A stretch of 64,000 nt of DNA from NCBI RefSeq assembly GCF_001194135.2, contig NC_068982.1, forward strand, positions 45,359,503 through 45,423,502, given 5' to 3'. Position 1 is the first letter of the stretch; each line of letters begins with the position of its first letter. Source of the DNA: Octopus bimaculoides (lineage: Eukaryota). Shown here piece by piece: positions 60,801-64,000 of this stretch. The notes beneath the pieces are model-generated. The model searched no databases, was not told the DNA's origin, and worked only from the letters and a program-made list of their open reading frames with translations. Position numbers and translations under genes: made by a program.

Positions 60801-63657
60801 ACATGTTCTATGTTCAAACTGACTACTTTTTTATACATTGGGAAGTGAATTGACTGAAAGTAAAACTAGCAAAGACTTAGCCAAAAAATGCATGCATAAC
60901 TGTAATCTGGGAAGTAGCCATGCTTCATTTGTGGAAAAGAGATAGGTATTAACTCTATACAATGTACCTATCATAAATTATGGGTGCTCAAGATTTGCTG
61001 TGGTATTTTGAGCAGGTTGACATCAAAGAAGTTTTTAAAAGACCTATAAGGTTCACTAGAAGTTGTTGTTGGCAGTTTTCTCTTACATAGGTAACTTCAT
61101 CAGCAGTGACTGTGGATAGCTGCTGTTGAAGCATATTTGCTTTACTATGAACAATGTGGAAAAAAGTTCAGGGAAATAAAAACGCTCTCCCTTGGAATGA
61201 AGGGCAAATTGTATGATACTTTTGCGCAAAATACATTACTACATGGAAGAAAAACATGTGCAGTGAATGCAGAAATACAAATGCTGAAAAAACAAAAAGG
61301 AAAAAAAGAGAATGAGGCAATTATGCTTTATTGGATATGTAATGTAAGTGTGAATGAAAAATGGAGCCTTGTAGAGCTGGTGGTGGTGGTCGTCATAACA
61401 CTACTGCTACCACTGTCATTGACATGACATTTATCTGTCTTTTAGTAGAGCACTTAAATCAACTTATTCTAATTTACCCTGGTTGTAGAATATGCAGCAA
61501 TGATTTAGGAAACAGACTTGCATACAATCAAGAGTGGGGTCTGTTGATTGTTACTGCTTCAAATTGATGCCTATAATGTATTATACATTTAAAGAATTAG
61601 AAGTTACATTAATTTTGTATCTGGTTTGCAGCATTCTTTATGTGAATTTGTGTATTGAAACAAATTTTGTTGTGTCTAGGGTGAGTCATTATACCAACAT
61701 TAATAACCGGTTCAATTTCACTCTTTATCATGTTTCAATTGGTTAAATATCCAACTAACCAATCAATTGTTAGTTTAACTTGGTTAAATAGTGTGTGTGT
61801 TTGTGCTTGTGTTTGTATGTATGTATGTATGTATGTTAGTATATATGTATGTATGTATTATGTGTATGTATGTGTATTCTTGTGTTTGTCTGTGTGTTTA
61901 TGTATGTGTCTTTGTGTGCGTATGTATGCATGTGTTTGTGCATATGCACCTGCTAAGCATATGCACCTGCTGTGCATGCATGTGTGGCATAACAGACTAA
62001 GAGAAAAGTCATTGAAAAGGTTGCAAATAGCAATGAAAGAACTTTGACAGAAAAAAAGGAAAAAAATGGCTCATCGTTTAACCAAATTAAACAAACAATT
62101 AATAGTTAGTTGGATATTTATTTAACCAATTGACTAATAATAAAGGAGTGGAATTGAACTAGTGTGTATGTTATTAATGCTGGCATAATGACTCACCCTA
62201 CATGCAGCAAAATTAGAAGTTAATTCATAATGTATTTCTTATTTTTTTCATGCCATAAAAAATGGAGTTAAGCCTCAACCCTGTAAACAAAAATAATTGT
62301 AGTAATTTACAAAGCTACTGTAAATTATAATGTATATTTTGTTTTTTGTTCAAAACAAAACTATTTTTTACATTAAAAAAAATTATTTTCTATTTTTTTA
62401 TTTTTTTCAGTTTAAAACATACTTGAATATGCAGTGATAAATTATAACTGTCACTATATCGATATCTTACACACAGAGTTAAATTTCATTTTCCACTTAA
62501 CATTTCTTTCAAATGCTTCCACTGTTGCTTTTTTTTCCAACTTCTGAGTTTTTAAAGCTAAAATTTCGAATTCAGTAAAGTTAGAACTTTGGTTATAGTT
62601 TGAAATGCTTATCTACAATGAAACAATGAAGTATTGTTTTCATATCTGTGATGGTGCTATTGCTGCACATACAGACATTTGAGACTGCATTTAAAAAAGA
62701 GCTACTTATTTGATTGTTATAAATTCAACCACTGACATTACAGCCATTGGCCCTCTCTTCTCTCTATCTCTTCTACTGCTTCTATGATGGCCTTTTCGCT
62801 TTAAATCTGGCTGGACATATGCCACAGCTGTTCAGGCATTCCCATCTTATTTGTCCCTCCGTCTCTCATCACTAGTGTTGTATCTAGCCACCCATGCTCT
62901 ATATTCAGTCTGTGTTTGACCAAGCATCATCACTCTAGAATTTCGTCTCTGTTCATATATTTTCCACTGGTTTTGACTTACAATGGTCAAAGAGGGACAT
63001 TTAATGACATCACTCTCTCTGGTCTAGGGAGGCTTGTGAGACCAGTACGTCTTTCTAGACCACTGGAAGGGCACTATCTCTTCTTCCAGACCGGAAAAAT
63101 AGAAAAAAAAAAGAAAAAAAGAAAAAGAGAAAAGGAAAACTGAATGTTCATGTTAAATGGTAGATCAGTTTCCTCACCAGTTTAAAATTTTTACACCATA
63201 TTTTCTGTTATATAAGTCAATGTATATAGCATAAACATGTAATGTAAACAGTCAGACCATCACTGTCTTTTCTTCTGCATTTCATATGGAAAATTTGGTT
63301 TTCCAAAGTTGTCTTCATATATAATTCAGCCTACTGTTTTGGCTGTGACTTTTAGTCTGAAAAAGTTGATTTATATGTCAGAAAATATGGTGGTTAGCTC
63401 AACAAAAACATTTGATAGTTCAAAAATACAGGTTATTTTGCCATTTAATAAAAAGTGTTTATAATTTTTTTTTTTTCAACAGATTGTTGAAAATGAACAT
63501 ATTATCCTCCACTCCATTCAGTATTTGGAACAAGAACTTGACACAATTGAAGATGATTTAACATTATCAATTGTAACATATGCTCTAACCGTAACAAGAA
63601 GTGAAAAAAGTGAACAGTCTTGGAATAAATTAAATGAAAAGGCCATATCAGAGTCAG
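1517..63657 (+). CDS. Multi-exon complement C3-like / TEP (A2M superfamily) gene, partial at both ends; 24 exons, about 985 codons
   Basis: Exons with AG/GT boundaries and matching phases give one open frame. Family motifs occur in canonical order: YMMFMPKVFR (MG1), HIFIQTNLPIY (MG2), VQEYIVPKF and ARYMYNKPV (MG3), YYMIISKG and IPTAKFLVYY (MG5), MDKA (MG6), KKRR, LPDNLTTW, VCS (MG7), GSGEQN, FRKNDGSFS, STWLTAYVMKIFC, LTAFILISFMEC, SIVTYAL (TED). Domain assignment is from recalled family motifs; no HMM was run. Confidence 0.93.
1795..2160 (-). mobile_element. SINE family B (tRNA head, CORE-like ttgggcaagtgtctt segment, internal microsatellite)
   Basis: Reverse complement of the family seen on + at 36272-36677. 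Confidence 0.8.
2702..2905. other. Assembly gap
   Basis: N run flanked by (TA)n. Confidence 1.
3403..3718 (+). mobile_element. SINE family D variant
   Basis: tRNA-like head; 3' half (ccagccttgtcacac...gagaactacgttaagggtacac...ggagtgcc) shared with 31433-31824. Confidence 0.75.
3878..4100 (-). mobile_element. SINE family A with 19-bp TSD
   Basis: tttgttcaaatgggtttct at 3859-3877 and 4101-4119. Confidence 0.9.
4375..5353. mobile_element. Fold-back / long-TIR non-autonomous DNA element
   Basis: Outer inverted repeats at about 4400-4520 and 5205-5320; inner inverted repeats at about 4575-4765 and 4903-5090. Confidence 0.75.
5440..5667 (+). CDS. Exon B (MG1 end/MG2 start): GNQVLFNISVEG...GHIFIQTNLPIYRRNEK
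   Basis: tttttag acceptor; donor G|gtgagt; phase 1-1. HIFIQTNLPIY corresponds to the FIQTDKPIY motif. Confidence 0.93.
5945..6735 (+). mobile_element. Internally deleted DNA transposon remnant, Chapaev3 (CMC)-like
   Basis: Peptide remnants YFDCPLGDQDKLWALHFICSAC, NLDSAMRPVPH..LPIPVP and DEHGERFHQNISAMEKWQQGFWNDSMLADYYW. The family name is from recall of these motifs. Confidence 0.65.
9200..10420 (-). pseudogene. Degenerate non-LTR retrotransposon (LINE) reverse-transcriptase remnant
   Basis: Minus-strand remnants FVDFSAEYNTIN (about 10339-10376), QNSLPRG (about 10161-10181) and a decayed Y(A)DDL box (about 10075-10090) in the expected order, with many stops and frameshifts; clade not determined. 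Confidence 0.6.
11535..11737 (+). mobile_element. SINE family A, diverged copy
   Basis: Core gagttcaaatttt gccgaggtcgactttgcc...ggggtcgatgtgatcgac. Confidence 0.75.
14665..14735 (+). CDS. Exon C (MG2): VTIRIFLLNETMHINKYQVLVTLK
   Basis: Polypyrimidine tract plus cag; donor AAG|gtaact; phase 1-0; continues the MG2 V-x-x-R-I-F pattern. Confidence 0.88.
15748..16065 (+). mobile_element. SINE family B with internal (GT)n(GA)n
   Basis: Head ggcatgactgtgtggttaagaagcttgc; ttgggcaagtgtcttg; tail cagtatggctacagtccaata. Confidence 0.8.
16394..16531 (+). CDS. Exon D (MG2): DPSNTAVYSNIF...SAPFGLWTVSVKYLGRHLE
   Basis: ttttcag acceptor; GAG|gtaaat donor; phase 0-0; DP...G-x-W-x-V pattern of MG2. Confidence 0.92.
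16620..16707. repeat. (TAT)n microsatellite
   Basis: About 29 near-perfect TAT units directly before a SINE A head. Confidence 0.95.
16707..16950 (+). mobile_element. SINE family A
   Basis: aaggtggtgagctgccagaattgttagcac...gagttcaaattctgc. Confidence 0.8.
17339..17441. other. Assembly gap
   Basis: N run. Confidence 1.
17450..17790 (-). mobile_element. SINE family B
   Basis: Reverse complement of the family B body (ccaaatccactcacaaggctttggtcgg). Confidence 0.8.
18445..18683. mobile_element. Hairpin MITE with 85-bp inverted repeats
   Basis: Arms 18445-18529 and 18599-18683 are reverse complements with 3 mismatches by manual count; 69-bp spacer; TA-rich termini. Confidence 0.85.
19585..19803 (+). 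mobile_element. SINE family A with 13-bp TSD
   Basis: gaatataaaagca at 19572-19584 and 19804-19816. Confidence 0.88.
21230..21680 (+). mobile_element. SINE family B containing a 16-bp minisatellite
   Basis: ttgggcaagtatcttctactatag body; (atctatgtgtgtgtgt)x7 at 21369-21480. Confidence 0.85.
23028..23070 (+). CDS. Exon E (MG2/MG3 junction): LLKEKSSTFMVQEY
   Basis: ttttag acceptor; A|gtaagt donor; phase 0-1; F-x-V-x-E-Y motif. Confidence 0.87.
24685..24772 (+). CDS. Exon F (MG3): IVPKFQLEINTEPKLIAEDTDVVNVAVSA(R)
   Basis: aag acceptor; AG|gtaagt donor; phase 1-2; EY+IVPKF corresponds to EYVLPKF. Confidence 0.9.
24881..25091. mobile_element. TTAA-ended AT-rich MITE (family E, piggyBac-like termini); related copies near 15115, 22300, 22580, 29205, 45205, 46955 and 60760
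   Basis: Termini ccctttagcatt / aatgctagagttaa; shared internal ggccagtttgaacataaaa...gaatatt...gatatgg. Confidence 0.65.
25245..25500 (+). mobile_element. SINE-like family C with (GAT)n tail; other copies near 26395(-), 29345(-), 32620(-), 35920, 43790, 44365, 44585(-), 47705, 49305 and 51880(-)
   Basis: Shared core aaaagcacccactacactc..ggagtggttgg.gttaggaagggcatccagc.atagaaaccatgcc and tail catgccagcatgg...gttaaatgatgatgat. Confidence 0.75.
26815..26893 (+). CDS. Exon G (MG3): RYMYNKPVVGQVYMEASYGRSYFDSMQ
   Basis: tttcag acceptor; CAG|gtaaag donor; phase 2-0; corresponds to the A-x-Y-x-Y-G-K-P-V-x-G motif. Confidence 0.92.
28958..29128 (+). CDS. Exon H (MG3 C-part): LENGKSNFSIRL...HVKVRVIESNTRVTEYKTDNTATFVSVKESDPKYK
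   Basis: aag acceptor; AAA|gtaagt donor; phase 0-0; L-x-x-G start and V-x-V-x-V-x-E pattern of MG3. Confidence 0.88.
29807..30038 (-). mobile_element. SINE family A with 16-bp TSD
   Basis: tgatcctatgtattca at 29791-29806 and 30039-30054. Confidence 0.92.
30118..30225 (+). CDS. Exon I (acidic linker plus first strand of MG5): ELQDANENKYFEDLLSNQENGNVSIALTLSEKEVLT
   Basis: tttttag acceptor; ACA|gtaagt donor; phase 0-0; open frame. The 3' half resembles the C3 segment NSNNYLHLSVLRTEL. Confidence 0.75.
30400..30775 (-). mobile_element. SINE family B, near-consensus copy
   Basis: Full reverse complement of head, body and tail, with a TA/TACA microsatellite inside. Confidence 0.88.
31433..31824 (+). 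mobile_element. SINE family D, full length, 11-bp TSD
   Basis: tRNA-like head (tggcacagtggttagggc, gtttcgattccc); (caa)n-like tail; gttactgaagt at 31421-31431 and 31825-31835. Confidence 0.92.
31994..32059 (+). CDS. Exon J (MG5): AGMKVRITAQPTDTSVRTLYYM
   Basis: cag acceptor; ATG|gtaaga donor; phase 0-0; YY followed by IISKG in the next exon matches YYLILSKG. Confidence 0.88.
34160..34700 (+). mobile_element. Family C element with three internal subrepeats
   Basis: gtgcttgagaagacctgtcaag...agtcatggccgatgccagtg recurs near 34175, 34280 and 34440. Confidence 0.7.
35030..35215 (+). CDS. Exon K (MG5): IISKGKILL...MIPTAKFLVYY...VYDICPYK
   Basis: tttttgcag acceptor; AAG|gtaaaa donor; phase 0-0; M-x-P-x-x-x-x-L-V-Y-Y motif and conserved terminal Cys. 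Confidence 0.93.
36272..36677 (+). mobile_element. SINE family B, full length
   Basis: ggcatggctgtgtggtaagtagcttgc...ggttcagtcccact (A/B-box-like); tail gactgaaacaagtaaaagagtaaaagag. Confidence 0.9.
37118..37266. repeat. Compound (CAC/CAT/TAC)n microsatellite running into a gap
   Basis: Directly visible; source of the poly-Thr, poly-His and poly-Pro ORFs. Confidence 0.95.
37267..37546. other. Assembly gap
   Basis: N run. Confidence 1.
39149..39380 (-). mobile_element. SINE family A inserted into the head of a family B copy, 14-bp TSD
   Basis: atgagtggctgtgt at 39135-39148 and 39381-39394; family B continues at 39381-39880. Confidence 0.9.
39443..39626. other. Assembly gap
   Basis: N run inside a family B SINE. 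Confidence 1.
40150..40372 (+). mobile_element. Mariner-derived MITE (internal deletion derivative)
   Basis: TIRs atgagagggtgctgagaagttcc / ggaacatttcaacaccctctcat; interior keeps the transposase C-terminal remnant KCVNLRGEYVE-stop. Confidence 0.75.
40482..41357. other. Assembly gap
   Basis: N run; lies in intron K-L and could hide a small phase-0 exon. Confidence 1.
41831..41974 (+). CDS. Exon L (MG6 N-half): IHTNKMEYLPNENIEVEISGSPGQHVVLLFMDKAMGYIDSRPKITKEF
   Basis: tttttag acceptor; TTT|gtaagt donor; phase 0-0; Y-x-P...V-x-L-x-x-x-D-K motif. Confidence 0.92.
42630..43164 (+). pseudogene. 5'-truncated mariner (Tc1/mariner DD34D) transposase remnant with 3' TIR
   Basis: VWWDWKG, YYELLP..TINSEKYC, VFQHDNAR and HPPYSSDIAPSNFHLF motifs; one frameshift and one stop; 3' TIR ...aagaactttccggacaacccaata followed by TA. 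Confidence 0.9.
43569..43616 (+). CDS. Exon M (linker): IRDEMLLNLQTDRMLN
   Basis: tttctag acceptor; AAT|gtaagt donor; 48 nt, phase 0-0; supported by splice signals and frame only. Confidence 0.68.
44986..45108 (+). CDS. Exon N (linker end, KKRR processing site): NFKLSLIGNSDKKRRDATVAKENVLNSRAVPSTIPKESNFL
   Basis: Long polypyrimidine tract plus cag; TTG|gtatct donor; phase 0-0; tetrabasic KKRR at 45019-45030 where C3/CD109 have their beta/alpha furin site. Confidence 0.85.
45689..45743 (+). CDS. Exon O (bait-like region): AEPSPMSQSLFNANVAED
   Basis: tgcag acceptor; T|gtaagt donor; phase 0-1; frame-compatible with exons N and P. Confidence 0.7.
46538..46583 (+). CDS. Exon P (positional equivalent of the FPESW segment): YSTDSLSGMFYDLTL(R)
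   Basis: Strong polypyrimidine tract plus cag; AG|gtaatg donor; phase 1-2, which exactly bridges exon O to exon Q. Confidence 0.72.
46710..46944. mobile_element. hAT-type MITE
   Basis: TIRs cagtggttctcaacc / ggttgagaactactg; related copy at 49505-49755. Confidence 0.75.
48359..48587 (+). CDS. Exon Q (MG6 C-half/MG7 start): RNDGMQKINFSLPDNLTTWEIQGFG...FCVAE...LLYNYKNTALR
   Basis: caacag acceptor; CGA|gtaagt donor; phase 2-0; LPD-x-x-TTW, CVA, F-x-x-x-x-x-x-P and YNY motifs of the A2M family. Confidence 0.95.
48608..48900. repeat. Degenerate (CAT/TAT/TGT)n microsatellite directly after exon Q
   Basis: Directly visible. Confidence 0.9.
49505..49755. mobile_element. hAT-type MITE nested in a family C element
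   Basis: TIRs caatggttctcaact / agttgagaaccactg; flanks ttctaatc / atccaatc; family C resumes after 49755. Confidence 0.75.
49873..50088 (+). CDS. Exon R (MG7): VQVTLHESADVCSY...FVIRPLNLGKFPLKVSARDTGSNDIEIIEEEMFVQ
   Basis: cctag acceptor; phase 0. Donor CAA|gtgaat after 50088, or the in-frame alternative AAA|gtaaat after 50103 (adds VNTPK). F-x-I-x-P-x-x-x-G-x-x-x-x-x-V-x-A motif. Confidence 0.9.
50125..50530 (-). mobile_element. SINE family B (a second B head follows at about 50580-50710)
   Basis: Reverse complement of the family B tail, body and head. Confidence 0.8.
50822..50906 (+). CDS. Exon S (short CUB N-part): FEKKENRNFTNNNLPVEKVPDNEISVKN
   Basis: aacag acceptor; C|gtatgt donor; phase 0-1, required to bridge exon R to exon T; LP-x-x-x-VP-x resembles LPxNxVPGS / DQVPDT. 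Confidence 0.65.
51106..51510 (-). mobile_element. SINE family B interrupting a + strand family A copy (about 51048-51620)
   Basis: A head (ctggcagaattgttagcacac) lies before it and the A remainder (tttacattctgagtcc...ccttgtgccagaaatttgaaacc) after it. Confidence 0.75.
52296..52484 (+). CDS. Exon T (TED start, degenerate thioester motif): YLFSSIVKTALTEPGKLILMSYGSGEQNIIYMALTIYALKYLRNT...EFIRM
   Basis: ctag acceptor; G|gtaaag donor; phase 1-1; GGA TCT GGA GAG CAA at 52364-52378. Confidence 0.95.
54416..54491 (+). CDS. Exon U (TED): GIEKQMTFRKNDGSFSTFENTESSTW
   Basis: ttttcag acceptor; TG|gtaacg donor; phase 1-2; Q-x-x-F-R-x-x-DGSFS and STW motifs. Confidence 0.95.
54557..54805. mobile_element. 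TTAA-flanked MITE (piggyBac-like termini); related copy at about 52685-52920
   Basis: ttaaccatttcgttacc at the left end and ggtactgaaagggttaa at the right end. Confidence 0.7.
54838..55280 (+). mobile_element. SINE family B
   Basis: ggctgggtggttaag head, ggttcagtcccactg and family B tail. Confidence 0.78.
56350..56768 (+). mobile_element. SINE family B, full length, ending about 70 bp before exon V
   Basis: ggcatggctgtatggtaagaagcttgc through gactgaaacaagtaaaagaataaaagaata. Confidence 0.88.
56840..56996 (+). CDS. Exon V (TED): WLTAYVMKIFCEAL...FLWLLKKQKNNGAFKEDKLIIYKEMM
   Basis: tttag acceptor; ATG|gtatgt donor; phase 2-0; WLTAYV and WL-x-x-x-Q-x-x-x-G-x-F-x-E motifs. Confidence 0.95.
57475..57850. 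repeat. (AAT)n array with recurrent AAATAGT interruptions, abutting a minus-strand SINE A (about 57850-58010)
   Basis: Directly visible. Confidence 0.95.
58812..58889 (+). CDS. Exon W (TED): GIISDTGLTAFILISFMECKENFHQK
   Basis: ccag acceptor; AAG|gtaatt donor; phase 0-0; LTAFILIS corresponds to LTAFVLIA. Confidence 0.93.
59696..60100 (-). mobile_element. SINE family D, full length, 12-bp TSD
   Basis: Reverse complement of 31433-31824; acaagtcaataa at 59684-59695 and 60101-60112. Confidence 0.9.
59789..59798. other. Assembly gap with duplicated flanks
   Basis: 10 Ns. Confidence 1.
60420..60566 (+). pseudogene. RTE-clade LINE endonuclease fragment
   Basis: ELTESFDVDFAALSETKLSGEGSLEEQGSRYTIFWKG resembles the RTE AP-endonuclease motif D-I-AALSETRL-x-GEG...YTFFW-x-G; ends in a stop. 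Confidence 0.8.
61160..61380 (+). pseudogene. RTE-clade LINE post-RT remnant
   Basis: LSLGMKGKLYDTF...LLHGRKTCAV...NEAIMLYWICNVS resembles LS-x-x-x-KGRLY...MLHGSETWA...NE-x-x-MLRWMC. Confidence 0.7.
63483..63657 (+). CDS. Exon X (TED): IVENEHIILHSIQYLEQELDTIEDDLTLSIVTYALTVTRSEKSEQSWNKLNEKAISES
   Basis: T-tract plus caacag acceptor; G|gtaaaa donor; phase 0-1; YLE...A/S-I-x-x-YAL motif. Confidence 0.93.
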
Positions 63658-63971
63658 GTAAAAATTTATCTTTGATGATTTTCCATTATTATTATTATTA
63701 TTGTTCAGTAGTTTTATTTTTATAACATGCTTTCACTTCACTACCGAGCGCAGCTCTGTGCGCCTTGGGTATGTGCTGTGGTTTGCTGTGGTGCTCTTAT
63801 GGTTACTGTATTGAAAGTGTTTTGCGTAGGATGTGTGCAGTGCCCAGTAGTGCAATTTTCTGTATGTTATATATATTTGTAAGTCCTGGTGTTTTTGTTA
63901 TGTATTTATCTGAATATTTTTTTTATTATACCTAAAGCACCTACTATGATAGGAATTGTTTCTGTTTTTAG

Positions 63972-64000
63972 ATTCCACATTCGAGTTACCTCTATTTCCA
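63972..64000 (+). CDS. Possible start of the next exon (DSTFELPLFP...), truncated by the window edge
   Basis: tttttag at 63965-63971 and an open phase-1 frame, but there is no recognisable motif and no donor within the window. Confidence 0.25.

Overview
AT-rich, repeat-dense eukaryotic genomic DNA with six N gaps. The SINE families and microsatellite load look like a coleoid cephalopod, probably Octopus; this is an inference from recall, not a database result. The window is filled by one multi-exon gene on the + strand encoding a thioester-protein superfamily member (alpha-2-macroglobulin/TEP/complement C3 fold, most C3-like by motif). I traced 24 GT-AG exons from 1517 to 63657 whose intron phases join into one stop-free frame of about 985 codons. 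It covers MG1-MG3, MG5-MG7, a KKRR processing site, a short CUB segment and part of the thioester domain (TED). The signal-peptide exon and the 3' end lie outside the window. The main observation is that this protein looks remodelled: the thioester motif reads GSGEQ instead of GCGEQ, the catalytic His position is Tyr, MG4 appears replaced by a short acidic linker, the linker cysteines are gone and there is no anaphylatoxin domain, yet the frame, furin site and inter-chain Cys pair are kept. The introns carry at least four SINE-like families, MITEs, a fold-back element, a near-perfect 85-bp hairpin, and mariner, Chapaev3-like and LINE remnants. Exon coordinates were counted by hand; repeat boundaries are approximate unless a target-site duplication (TSD) is given.
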